Below, piece by piece: positions 1 to 11,894 of a stretch of DNA of 64,000 nucleotides. Within the stretch, counting starts at the first letter, position 1; the number at the start of each line of letters is the position of its first letter. The translations under genes were made by a program, and so were the position numbers. The notes beneath the pieces are model-generated. The model ran no database searches and was not told the origin of the DNA. It was given only the letters and a program-made list of their open reading frames with translations. Source of the stretch: Octopus sinensis (lineage: Eukaryota); the NCBI RefSeq assembly GCF_006345805.1, contig NC_043002.1:40858001-40922000 (forward strand). Reading direction: 5' to 3'.

Positions 1-397
1 TGTTTATTGTTATGAATGAGAACTAAACATATTTTTTTTTTCTCCAAATCCCTTTGATCAGCTTAGGAATTATTTACATTTACCTGTACAAGATAGAAAA
101 AGAATCTTTCCAAGTTGAAATTTGTTCAAAACAAGTGAAAGTACTACTAAAGATTGGTTTCAAATTTTGGTGCAAGGCAGCCAGTAATTTCAGGGGATGG
201 GGTAAATCAATTACATTACATTGGTCCCAATGCTCAGCTGGTGATTATTTTATCAACCCCAAAAGGATGAAAGGCAAAGTCAACCATGGCAGAATTTGAA
301 CTTGGAACATAAAGATGGATGATATATGCCACTAAGCATTTTGCCTGGCATGCTAACAGTTTTGCCACCTTACCACTTTGGTACTACTAAATATTAC

Positions 398-844
398 AGG
401 GCGAGGTGAGGGTCTACATACGATTGCGGGATCGCCGACTTTCGTGGACAAGCCATGTGTCCAGGCAGACGCTGCGGGCTTGCCTAAATGCCTGGTGTAT
501 TTGGGTGGGGTGGTGCCACCGGGCTGCCAGGTAACCGAATCACCTCCAGGATCGACGCCTCAGTGGATGTTGGGCAACGGTTTACGGGCCGGCTCGTACC
601 CGCGGGTAGCCCCTTCCGTGGCCAATCCCACGGAGTGGGCTTTCTTGCTACTCGGGATGACCCACCGACATCTCGAGCCCAGGCTTGACGAAGGCCGGGG
701 GACGCGTTTGGTACCTTTGGTTACCCTTGTACGGGAATGACATGCACGAGTTGGGTGAGAGCCATCACGAGCTGCCCCCTCCACCAAGGGCCTAAGCTCT
801 CTCACCACAACAAGGTAGTACCGGGTATCCGCATCATCCTTGCC

Positions 845-875
<31 letters not shown>
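398..875 (-). mobile_element. Ectopic GC-rich segment headed by 28S rRNA target-site sequence; candidate 5' end of an rDNA-specific non-LTR retrotransposon (R2/R4-like)
   Basis: Sharp GC/CpG-rich island in AT-rich intron. On the minus strand it begins with TTAAGGTAGCCAAATGCCTCGTCATCTAATT and then diverges from rRNA. No TSD, poly-A or RT ORF seen. Confidence 0.5.
845..875 (-). rRNA. 31-nt 28S rRNA fragment spanning the R2 insertion site (not a gene)
   Basis: Reverse complement reads TTAAGG^TAGCCAAATGCCTCGTCATCTAATT, the conserved 28S sequence at the R2 site. Flanks do not continue as rRNA: expected upstream GACTCTC and downstream AGTGACGCGCATG are absent. Confidence 0.85.
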
Positions 876-1003
876 TAGACCTATTGAAGAATATGATTGC
901 AACAATAGTAGCTGTCAAAATCTTTGCTAATATCTTAAGAAGTTGTGAAATCTTAAGTGTAACTGGAACTTGTTAATATCATTTTATTGCTTTTTCTCTA
1001 CAG

Positions 1004-1142
1004 GGTGCTCAATCGATACTATGAAAAGTCTTTCTGCGACAATAATAGCTACTACCCCCAATAGAAGTCTGGCCAGTATTGCCAGCAAAACACCAAGTCC
1101 TTTAGCACAACTGTTATCTCCAGCTATTCGACCTTCAACTAG
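1004..1142 (+). CDS. Gene 1 internal exon (S/T/P-rich: CSIDTMKSLSATIIATTPNRSLASIASKTPSPLAQLLSPAIRPSTR)
   Basis: Pyrimidine tract + cag acceptor, AG|gtaaga donor, open frame, phase 1->2 matching next exon. Confidence 0.8.
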
Positions 1143-1212
1143 GTAAGATTTTGTTTCATATTTTGAAACCCACTTTTTTCAAAGTTATTTTTCTAAGCAA
1201 ACATGGATGAAA

Positions 1213-1437
1213 TTAACTCTTTAGCATTTAAACTGGCCATATCCAGCCAAATTATTCTAGATGTTTTATATTCAGACTGGCCAGGTCGGGCCTCTCCCAT
1301 CTACCCTATAATGTTATTCTAAAAATAGACAATTGCATCATCAAAATTTCAAAGTGACAAAATAATGCTTGATTAGTTCAAAACAATATGAATTAATAAG
1401 TATATTTAACAGAATAATCTGAACACTAGAGGGTTAA
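1213..1437. mobile_element. TTAA-flanked MITE family 1 (piggyBac-like); further copies ~11640-11815, 45790-46010, split copies 2182-2934 and 36366-39492
   Basis: ttaa(c)tctttagc...ctagagggttaa termini and a shared ~225 bp body. Confidence 0.75.
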
Positions 1438-2619
1438 TTTTACAGCAAAGGGGCTGGATGCCCTTCTTTCATTTTAGGGCAAAATAGTTTGGTTAGTTAA
1501 ATGAATCAGGTAGATGGTGATGTACTGAATGATGTATACAGTTTGTCAATGAATTGAAATTTGCCTCTTAGTTGGAGAATGAAAACAAAGACCTAACAGC
1601 CATTACTAGGGATTCTCAAAGAAAAAGGTAGATATGATTGAATATATCTATAGCTGCCATCATGCCTGATTGAATATGTCTATAGCTATCATCATTCCTG
1701 CTAATAAAGATCAGATATTTTCATTGGTAAAAAAACCAGGCAATGAATTGAGTCTTAATCCACAGAGAAATAGCTGTAAAACAGTAAATGTATTGAATTA
1801 ACTGCTAAGATTTATTTTCAATGTAAACTGATATTAGTTTCAAATTTTGGCACCAGACTAGTAATTTCAAGGGAAGTGTAAGCCTTTCAAGGTGGTCATG
1901 TTAATTTCATGAATGGCTGTTCTATTGATTGGATCAACTAGAACCCTCATCATTGTAATTGACAGTGCTAGTTTTTTCTTGGCTGTGACTTGGAACAGAT
2001 TATCCCCCTCCACACACTATTTATATGTATTTCAATTATATAATGAAAAATTTTGCCGACAAACAGTGCTCTAGAACAGATTATGTTTGTATATAGTAAC
2101 CCTATTTATTTACCACTTTCTGAGCACCCATTGTATTGATTTACATTATGGAGTGCCATTTTACCTTCTGAAGTTAGGTACTTAACCATTAGCATTTAAA
2201 CTTGCCATTCCGTCCCAAATATTCTACCTGTTTTATGTTCAAACTGGCCAGACTTGGCCTCTCACACCTACCCTATAATATCATTCTAAAAATTATGAAT
2301 GGCATCTTTGAAATCTCAAAAAGGATAAGACATGATTAATTCGCCACCAGCTCCCATGCCAGTGGCATGTAAAATGCACCATTCAAGCATGGCTAATACC
2401 AGTGCTGCTTGACTGGCTTCCTGTGCCAATGTCATGTAAAAAGCACCCACTACACTCTTAGAGTGGTTAGTTTTAGGAAGGGCATCCACCTGTAGAAACC
2501 TTGTCAGATCATATTGAAGCCTGGTGCAGCCTCCAGGCTTGCCAGTCCTCAGCCAAACTGTCCAACCCATGGAAAGCGGACGTTAAACAATGATAATGAC
2601 GAATGTGAATAAATATGCA

Positions 2620-2880
2620 TTATAATAATAATAATAATTGTGTACAGTGCTCAGGTGCACTACACCTCATCTAAAGTGTATATATAATCAGGTGTAGTTT
2701 CGGCAGATTTCGGAAAGCATGAGGGCCTTAAAGGATGCAGTGTCATGGCAGTCAACAACTGACGCAGGCAGTTTATTCCATGCTTCAGCAACTCTGAGTG
2801 TGAAAAAATGTTTCCGAAAGTCATGGGAGTTGTGTTGTTTTCTGACTTTGTAGGCATGTCCACGTGTGTTAGACACATGG
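2620..2880 (-). mobile_element. CR1/L2-group LINE 3' fragment; related 3' end at ~4705-5095
   Basis: ORF ...KHFFTLRVAEAWNKLPASVV is a typical CR1-type C-terminus; (ATT)n tail. Confidence 0.7.
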
Positions 2881-2981
2881 AGATCAAAAAGGTGTTATAT
2901 TTGGCAGAATAATCTGAAAGCTAAAAACGTTTAATAAACAAGTTGTGTTATTTAACAGGAAGGTATTTCATCTTGTTTCAG

Positions 2982-3175
2982 AGAGGCCAGCCACTTAAAT
3001 TTAGCTGGCGGAGCCACAATAACCAAATCAAAACCAACTTTTCCTTTGAAAATGTTAAATATAAACAAGCCAAAAGGTATGATTGTTAGCGCTATGACAG
3101 CGTCAGCAAAGGAAAATATCAAGGATTTGCATCGCTATAAAACATCATCAATGTTTGAAAGAAGTACAGTATATG
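2982..3175 (+). CDS. Gene 1 internal exon (EASHLNLAGGATITKSKPTF...SSMFERSTVY)
   Basis: tcttgtttcag acceptor, G|gtaaat donor, 64 open codons, phase 2->1. Confidence 0.8.
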
Positions 3176-3499
3176 GTAAATTTAAAAGTTTCTTCACTTC
3201 CTTGATAAATGTTAGTGTGTAAGTGTGCTTTCTTTGTTGTAACTGACTGTTGGTTCACTTTCTATCTTGTTCATCTTTTTTTTCTATCTGATGCTTATTT
3301 TCTTATATATGAATATAAATATATACATACATTATCAGTCAAGTACTGGGGTCAGTATAGTCAACAACTTAACTCCCTTCAAAACTACTGACCCCGCTGT
3401 TTAAAATAGAAGCAACTATTGTCATTAGTCCATCAAACAAAATTCTTGGCAGCATTTCTTTCAGGTTTATATGTCCTGAGATCAAATACTATGGATGTC

Positions 3500-3912
3500 A
3501 ACTATCTTGAATTCCTCTATTATTGCCTGGAGGACTACGATGAACAAGAGGGGGCTGAGGACTGATCCTTGGTGAACCCCTACTTCTACTTGGAATTCTT
3601 CACTATACTCATTGCCAACCCTCACCCTACTGACAGTACCCCTGTACATGTCTTGTACAGCTTTCACCAACCACCTGTCTATCCCTACTTTCCACATTGA
3701 CCACCAGATAAGGGATCAGAGGGCCCTGTCAAAGGCTTTCTCCATGTCAACAAAAGCCAATTCCTTTGGCTAGGAATTTCTCCTGCAGCTGTCTTACCAG
3801 AAATATAGCATCAGTGGTGCTTCTACCTGGCACAAACCTAAACTGCATCTCGTCTAAACTAACTCTCTCCTTAATTAGTTGGGCTATGACCCTTTCTGTG
3901 ACTTTCATCAAA
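3500..3912 (-). mobile_element. RTE-clade LINE reverse-transcriptase fragment
   Basis: VGVHQGSVLSPLLF motif; upstream STTDAIFLVRQLQEK; disrupted frame. Confidence 0.85.
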
Positions 3913-5121
3913 GGCAAAAGAAAAGATAAAAGGGGTGAGCTGGCATGATTGTTAGAATATCAGAATAAATGCCTTGTTGCATCTCTTCTGAGTTCAAATC
4001 CCACTGTGGTCAACATTTCCTTTTATCTAACTAGGGTTGGTGGTATCAATTAATTTCCTAATTTCAGATCTTGTTTTTACTCTAGGAATGTTGTTGTTGT
4101 TGCTGTTGTTGTTGTTGTTGATGTTGTTTCTATCAGTCAGACATATTGCATCTCACTTTCCAAATTCATGGATTTACTAAAATAAATTAAGTGAAAAAAA
4201 AAACCATTATATTTAATTCAAAATTTTCTACAGAGAGGTAATTGCATGATTTGCCAATGTTGGAGAGGGAATGACTAATTCATGAAGAAAATATTTTATT
4301 CATTTGTAAACAAATAAAATGGCTTCTTCAAACATGAATATCTCAAAATTTTTAAAACCAGAATGAGAAGTTGAATAGAAAGAAATTTTTTTTTTTTACT
4401 ACAAAACACATGCATTTTGTAAGAAAACAAAAGTGACACTTCTGTAGACGCCAACATCAGTGGGAACATTTATACTGGCAAGTTTGACAACTCTTTCTCT
4501 CTCATTCACTCATTCACTAAGTCAAAATGTTAATAGAAATGGAAGTAGTTTCACTGACATTTATGGGTATGGATAAATCTAGAGAAGGGAAAGGAAGCAA
4601 GGTTGTGGTGTGTCACCAAAGAATGTTTCTGTGTAAGAATAGTAACAGGGAAAAAGGACATAGCTCTACCTCTTGAAAAGCAGAAATTTGATAATGATAA
4701 TGAAATTATTGTATACAGTGCTCAGGTGCACCACAACTTGTCAGAAAGTGCATATAAAGTAGATGCAGTAATGTAGAAATGTCTGGAAAGTGAACAGTGT
4801 ATGAGTCAGATACGTGCTTGTGTGTGTATGGAGGGGAGAAAATCAAGTGTAGTGTTGGCGAATCTCAGGAAGCATGGAAGTTTTGAAGGATGCTGTGCTC
4901 CGACCAGTGTGCCTTCAAAAGTGAAACTAAAAGAAGCACTGTCCAGTGTATCGTGATTTGTTTTCCTTTGACTATAGCAGGGTGTATGTGTACAGGAGTG
5001 TTTGCCTGGTTCTCAAGGAGGAGTCGAGCTGGTGTATCACACATCTTTCTGTAGTCTTGTAACATAATGCATAGGCCAGCACATTAAGGTCACAATGAGC
5101 TGGTTGTGAATACATCACTGA

Positions 5122-5500
5122 TGCAGGAGTGGCTGCGTGGTAAGTAGCTTGCTTACCAACCACATGCTTCCAGGTTCAATCCCACAGTGTGGCACCTTGG
5201 GCGAGTATCTTCTACTATAGCCTTGAGTTGAACAAAACCTTGTGAGTGGCATTTGGGAGGTGGAAACCGAAAGCCCATCGTTTATATATATATGTGTGTG
5301 TGTGTGTGTTTGTCCCCCCCCACCCCCACCATCGCTTGGCAACCACTAGTGTGTTTATGTCCCTGTAACTTAGCGGTTCGGCAAAAGAGACCGATAGAAT
5401 AAGTATTTGGTTTGCAAAGAATGAGTGCTGGGGTCGATTTGTTCGACTAAAGTCGGTGCTCCAGCATGACTGAAACAAATAAAAGAGTAAAAGAGATAAA
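5122..5500 (+). mobile_element. SINE family A (tRNA-like head GGAGTGGCTGTGTGGTAAG, internal (TA)n(TG)n, AAAGAGT tail); ~20 copies, e.g. 6505-6880-, 15085-15522-, 21574-21985+, 34610-35030-, 36830-37240-, 39530-39910-, 43862-44255+, 50595-50900-, 59785-60150-
   Basis: Highly similar repeated body with A/B-box-like head (GGTTCAGTCCC); coordinates approximate. Confidence 0.85.
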
Positions 5501-5847
5501 ATATGCAACCATGACACAGCTCATCATTAAGGCAGAGATAAAAAAAAGGTTAAAGAGTAATGTGACTGGTTGTGCAGAACAAAAAAGTTTAATGGTTACA
5601 CTTGTGGCAGTTAGAATCATTTGAGGGATTTTGTTCTAAGGAACTAGAAAAGAAATAAGTGATGGAGAAGTGTGACTGGAGCAGAACTGAAAGCAACAGT
5701 AGGTTCCAGAAACTGCTATTAGAACAGTACCACTAGTCACACCATTAGTTACAGCTTCACTCTTTTTGTAGTATCATTGTATCCTTTTGCAACAATGGGG
5801 GTGAGAGTTGTGCAGTGATGTCAGTGAAAATTGTTGAAAGCAAATAA

Positions 5848-6166
5848 CGATAAAACGTCGCCCTTTTCAAGCCTAGCCAGGCTCATGGGCCCGGTTTCCT
5901 GGTTTCTGTGGCGTAGGGGTCCCCCCCTCCCCAGCTGGATGGGACACCAGTCCATCGTAGTGTTACTCAAGAAACAGGAAGAGAGAGTGAGAAAAAGTTG
6001 TGGTGAAAGAGTACAACAAGGGTCACCACCACCCCCTGCCAGATCCCCGTGGAAATTTTAGGAGTTTCCGCTCAATAAACACACACAGTGCCTGGTCTGG
6101 GAATTGAAACCGCGATCCTCCGACCGCGAGTCCACTGCCCTAACCATTGGACCATTGCGCCTCCAC
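5848..6166 (-). mobile_element. SINE family C (head GGAGGCGCAATGG...); other copies 18016-18302-, ~57835-58042-, variants ~48650-48880+, ~59300-59550+
   Basis: tRNA-like head; 12-bp TSD GAAAGCAAATAA at 5836-5847 and 6167-6178; CpGs retained. Confidence 0.8.
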
Positions 6167-7019
6167 GAAAGCAAATAAAGGGTATGTAAAATACAGAAAG
6201 AGTAATTCTCCTCCTTCTTGTCGGTGACATATGGTTCACAATTGTGTGATAAAGCAAATGTAGTCCTTAGAATGGAGCTGGTTAAACAGTGGTGATTTGC
6301 TTTGTGGGTGGATTCCAAGAGGCACAATTATGATAGAATGTTGTTAAGGATCACATAATTGGTCGGTCATATGGTCAAACAAACTTTACCAGAAGACTTT
6401 GGATGCTTTCCATTCTGTTGAATATAAAAGTGCTCGTTGGCAGCTGTGGTTTTACTGTCAAATGAAAAAATAAAACTAGTCATAAATATCAACTTCAGTT
6501 ATAATACTCTTTTACTTGTTTTAGTTGTTTGACTGTGGTCATGCTGGAGCACCATCATGGAGGGTTTTATTTGAACAGTTGACCCTGGGACTTATTTAAG
6601 CCTAGTACTTAGTTTAGCAGTCTCTTTTGCTGAACTGCTAAGTTATGGGGACATAAACACACCAGCACCAGTTGTCAAGTGATGATCGGGGTCAGACACA
6701 CATAGATGTATACACACACACACACACACAATGGGCTTCTTTCAATTTCCATCTTCCAAAGCCACTCCAAGGCTTTGGTTGGCCTGAGGCTATAGTAGAA
6801 GATATTTGCCCAAGGTACCTTGCAGTGGGACTGCACTCGGAACCATGTGGTTGGGAAGCAAGCTTCTTATCACACAGCTTTGTGTATTTTTGCTTTAGGG
6901 TTCAGTTGAAATATAAACAATTGTTTTTTGTTTCTTTTTTTTTTGCATTTATTTTTTAGCTTCATTTGTGTCACATCCTCTCTGTCACCAATTCACTTCT
7001 TTTTTTTTTTTTTTTGCAG

Positions 7020-7104
7020 CTAAGAAACTCCAAAGGAGTGATTCCCAGAAACTGAAATCTCTACACAAATTTCCGATGCGTTTAGGACCACAGGGCATTA
7101 AAGA
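7020..7104 (+). CDS. Gene 1 internal exon (AKKLQRSDSQKLKSLHKFPMRLGPQGIKE)
   Basis: (T)n-gcag acceptor, GA|gtaagt donor, phase 1->2. Confidence 0.85.
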
Positions 7105-7737
7105 GTAAGTGTTTGAATGACTTTCACTTCCAGTGTATCTCTCTTCTTATTTAACACATAGAGAGATGGGAGGAAGTATAGGGGTGTCATTGTAGCATTT
7201 TTTTCAATTTGTTTCAGTTTTGTTTACTTGGCTGTTTACTTTTCAGGTACTCTGCTAAGTGCTATCAGATTTAACTTCTGATTTGTTTTGTGCCAGTTTT
7301 TATGTTGAATGGAACTAGGGAAATGACAAAGGACATTGTATATTATGAACTAGAGTGAATAGCATAAACATTGTCAATGAATTTAAAGACAGGCGGTTAC
7401 GCATGTGTGCACACATATGTACACGCGAATTTATACATGAACACGTGGTGGGGTTCTGTACAGTTTCAATTTACCAAATATCATCTACAAAGCATGAATC
7501 AAGCCTTGGCTTGAAAATATTTCAGAAGTGTTTTTGAAGAAGACACTTGTCCATATTGCGACATAGTCGGACCAAACACAAAATCACATGGTTCTAGAAC
7601 AAACCTCATAAACCACATAGTATGCTTCAGCCTGTAAATTTCAATCCTTTTATTGTGTTTAAGGAGAGCTTGATATGCAGTTGGATTACTTGTTGAATGT
7701 TTAGAATTAAAAGCACATTTCAATCTGTTTATTATGT

Positions 7738-7967
7738 TTAACTCTTCCGTTACCGTATTTATTTTGAGATGCTCTGTGTTTCTTTCAATTAATTTTAAAT
7801 ATAACAAAGAATTTAGTAAAATAACTTAGTTATCATTAAGCTAGTGTTAGGAACATAAATTGTGACTAAAGTTTGGCAAAAGATTTTAATTCAAAACTTA
7901 TGTAAACAAAACATTTGTACTACAGAGCCAAAGGCAGTTTCAGCTGGGTTGGTATCGAAAGGGTTAA
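7738..7967. mobile_element. TTAA-flanked MITE family 2 (piggyBac-like); second copy 56564-56793
   Basis: Two near-identical ~230 bp copies, both bounded by TTAA. The second interrupts a repeat whose uninterrupted form is at ~57770. Confidence 0.8.
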
Positions 7968-7989
7968 GATGAGCTTGATATTCAGTGGG

Positions 7990-8218
7990 CGGCAAGCTGG
8001 CAGAAACATTAGCATGCCGGGCGAAATGTGTAGCCGTATTTCGTCTGCCGTTACGTTCTGAGTTCAAATTCTGCTGAGGTTGACTCTACCTTTCATCCTT
8101 TCGGGGTCGATAAATTAAGTACCAGTTACACACTGGGGTCGATGTAATCGACTTAATCCGTTTGTCTGTCCTTGTTTGTCCCCTCTATGTTTAGCCCCTT
8201 GTGGGTAATAAAGAAACA
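7990..8218 (+). mobile_element. SINE family B (head GGCGGC(G/A)AGCTGGCAGAA); other copies ~140-375-, 10010-10200-, 33930-34530+ (three), 42775-43190+, 55255-55460-, 57285-57460+, 60895-61275+, 62670-62880-
   Basis: 13-bp TSD GATATTCAGTGGG at 7977-7989 and 8219-8231; GAGTTCAAATTC B-box. Confidence 0.85.
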
Positions 8219-8304
8219 GATATTCAGTGGGATTACTTGTTGAATATTTAGAGTTAAAAGCACATTTCAATCCTTTTATCACGTTTAAAGAGAGCTTGAT
8301 ACAC

Positions 8305-8670
8305 AATCATCATCGTTTAACGTCCGTTTTCCGCGCTAGCATGGGTTGGACGGTTCGACCGGGGTCTGGGGAGCCAGGGGCTGCTCCAGGCCCCAATCTG
8401 ATCTGGCAGTGTTTCTACAGCTGGATGCCCTTCCTAATGCCAACCACTCCGCGAGTGTAGTGGGTGCTTTTTACGTGCCACCTGCACAGGTGCCAAAGGG
8501 GTCTGGCATCGGCCACGATCGGTTGGTGCTTTTCATGTGCCACCGGCACAGAAGCCAGTCGGGGCGGTGCTGGCATCGGCCACGTTCGGATGGTGCTTTT
8601 TATGTGCCACCGGCACAGAAGCCATTCGAGGCGGGGTTGGCATCGGTCACGTTCGGATGGTGCTTTTTAT
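8305..8670 (-). mobile_element. Family D: (GAT)n-tailed RTE-related non-autonomous repeat with internal GTGCCACCGGCAC minisatellite; many copies (e.g. 16040-16310, 23630-23815, 31160-31330, 36530-36705, 39020-39185, 47995-48470, 51250-51825)
   Basis: Shared catcatcgtttaacgtccg...gcatgggttggacgg...ctggatgcccttcctaa body. The RTE link is inferred from the (GAT)n tail. Confidence 0.75.
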
Positions 8671-8943
8671 GGGATTACAATGGGATTACTTATTGAATGT
8701 TTTGAATTAAAAGCACAGTAGCTGTGAGGTTAGGTGCCGATCTACTGATCACATGGTTACTAGTTCGAATCTTATTACTACATGGTTTTATATTGTGTTC
8801 TGAGTAAGGTACATAACAATATCTCTTCAATTCTGTCTATTGATAAAAACAGCTTCTATTCCATACTCACTCTCCTTCTTTGTGTATCTTGGTTTTAATG
8901 TGACCTTATATGTTTTTTTATTTTTATGTCTATTCTCTACCAG

Positions 8944-9012
8944 ATCACAGATTACATTATCTTCAAGTAAAAAGCCCACCTCTTCCTCTTCAAAATTCAT
9001 TGGGAAGCAAAG
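8944..9012 (+). CDS. Gene 1 internal exon (SQITLSSSKKPTSSSSKFIGKQR)
   Basis: ctctaccag acceptor, AG|gtaagt donor, phase 2->2. Confidence 0.8.
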
Positions 9013-11894
9013 GTAAGTTTTTAATCAATTTACATATCCTTTTTTTGTAATTTATAATGCTGTTTATTATTCTCATGACCTTCATAGTGTCCAAACGGTC
9101 ATATTTCTGTCATGTTTTGTATAGATTGGACAATAGCATTTTGCTCGGCCTTCCCTAGCATCATCTTTACTCATCAGATTTTATTCTAAAAAAACTGAAT
9201 TGTTGAGGTTAATTATTAAGACACTCTAGTCACATGGAACACAATAGTTAGGTTAGCACACATAATAATATAGTGAACATCAAATCTAATTACATATACA
9301 TACGTGCTGAGGAGACTGTCAACTTTCTAGATTTTTGATGCTCACTATGATAATTTAATACTAACTAAATTATCTATCTTTTAGAGCGACTTAATTAACT
9401 TCCTAATGATGTTCTTGTTCCCTAGATTCTCGCCAGTGCATAGCAGTGTACCATTGCTCAACAATAGTCTCTATTTCCAATTATAGGGTAACATCTACAC
9501 AGTCTTTCTTGCTTCTGATACCCACTTCCTTAACATAGTTTGTTGCTTGTGTTCACATTGTACATCCAGCTTCATTTCTTTCAAGTTACTACACATCTTC
9601 CTATTTTGTTACTATAAACCATTACCACCACCATCATCATCATACAAAAGGCATTATACAACATAAATTTTTTATTTACTTCATTTTGTATCCTAGATGG
9701 ATTACTTCTCCATCCCAGCACTAATTAGGATATGTAAATAAAACTTCTCTACAGCTGCCAGTTAATGACTGTTTCAGTCAGAAATTCCTTGCTTTGTTGC
9801 TTGGCTGTTACTTCTGTTTAACTATATTACTTACTACTGTTTAACTATATACCTCCCTCCTGAGTGTGGCTATTCCTCTTGTTATCAGGTTTGGGACATT
9901 GCAAGTATTCATGCTGGTATTGGTTGGCTGGTCTGAGAGGATCTGACAAGCATCAGGGCTGCACCTAGCTCCATTATCAGCTTTGGCACAGTTTCTTATT
10001 TCTTCATTGCCCACAAGGGGCTAAACATAGAGGAGACAAACAAGGACAGATGAAGGGGTTAAGTCGAACTTAATTTATCGATCCTGGAAGGATGAAAGGC
10101 AAAGTTAACCTCGGTGGAATTTGAACTCAGAATGTAACAGCAGACAAAATACTGCTATGCATTTCGCCTGGCATGCTAACGTTTCTGCCAGCTTGCTACC
10201 TTTTGGCATAGTTTCTACAGTTGGATGTCCTTCCTAGCACCAACCACTTTGCTGTGTGTAATGTGTACTTTTTCATGTCCCCAGCATTAGTAAGGTTGCT
10301 AGGTAACTTGCTTGACAGAAAATGAATGGAAAAAAAATGAGAAGGTAAAAGCTAAAGGTGTGTGTGTGAGAGAGTATTTGAGAGTGGGATCTGGTCTTAT
10401 GTCAACTCTTGAAAAGCTAAAATATGAGAGAAAGACAAGCATAAATATCTTGCTATAGAGGGGACACACGGCTACCCAGCATTGTGTAGGGACGGGTGGA
10501 AGTAGTTGAGAAGGAGACAAAGCTGGTAGCGATGGAGTGCTAGAAGAAACACTTGAGGTACAAGAAGGTAAGCATAAGAGAGGATACAGACAGTGGATCA
10601 GTGGATGGGAGGGGAGGGGAAGTACTTACATAAGAGTGTTTGAGTGGGGAGGAAATTTTGGATTGTCCTGGTTTTAGAACTAATTCTGTCTAACTTTGAT
10701 TTAAAGAATATGAGTCATAGAATAAATAATGTAATTGTAGTATGGCTTAGATAATTAGGAAAGGCATTATTTACCATGTTTTATGGTAAATAATGCCTTT
10801 TCTAATGATCTGTATCATGACTACCAACCAGGAGTTGATTAAATCAGCTTAGACATATTGGAGTTTGATGAAGAAAGCTGTAAGCTTCAGATATCTTCCT
10901 CTGCAAAATATAAAAAACAAGTCACTCCTTACTTCAGAGTTGGATGGTTGATTTAAAACAACCAAAAAATTTTACTTCAGCATGTGTATGCCTGTAAAAG
11001 TGTTATAAATAAAACATTGAGCATCCAATGTACTAGGTCAAATGTCATTTTCAACCATTGTAAATCACGAGCTTTCTATTCCCAAACGTCACATAATTTG
11101 TTATTAAATGGGTCTATGTTTAAAGAGATGGAGAGATACACTGAGAATAGTTTCAAAGCCTGTGACATCCACTTCTTTGTGGTTTTAACATTACGCTGTG
11201 CTTACTTCCTCTATATAGGAAACGGGTAATATTAGTTACGTAGTTAGAAAGTTAATAAACACAAGGTAGATAACTCTTTAAAGACCTAATCACTTCATTC
11301 TCGCATTGGCATCTCAGGAATTTTTAACCCAAATCAAATTATACATTACTATTAAGTTCTCTTTCTCTCTCTCTCACTCACACCGTGGTTAGCTACAACA
11401 AAATTTAGTGGTGTAATCAGCTTTCCACTGAAATTAGTTTTAACAAATACACTCATGTTTGATCTCTGTTTTTACAAAAAGTTGCAGTTATTTTCAGATA
11501 TGTCTCAAAGATTTTCCAGTGTTCGCTTTGTCCAATCTGTATTGTTTGAACCACTTTCCAATCTATCCTTTTCACATAACCAGCAAGAAAATCGAATGTA
11601 AAATTGGGGATATTATTTTTTTCATAGTAACCATTTTATGCTTTGAATCAATTGTGCATTATCTTATAGCTTCCAGATTTCAATGATGTGATTGTTTAAT
11701 TTTAGAATAACACTGTAGGGTAGGTGTGAGAGGCCAGATCTGGCCAGTTTGAATGTTTGACAGGCCAAATATTTGGGCCATATATAGCTTGTTTAAATGC
11801 TAAAAGGTTTTTTAAAAAAACAACTAATTTCAATTTTACTCTATTTTGCTTCTTTATTATATATTTTTTTCTTTTTATCTTTATTATTTTGCAG

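Noticed and set aside
378-862. ORFs of 120, 66 and 100 aa in the GC-rich insert
   Set aside because: No recognisable motifs in any frame; ORFs of this length are expected in GC-rich DNA
5122-6166. tRNA-like heads as tRNA genes
   Set aside because: They continue into SINE bodies and lack complete cloverleaf 3' halves
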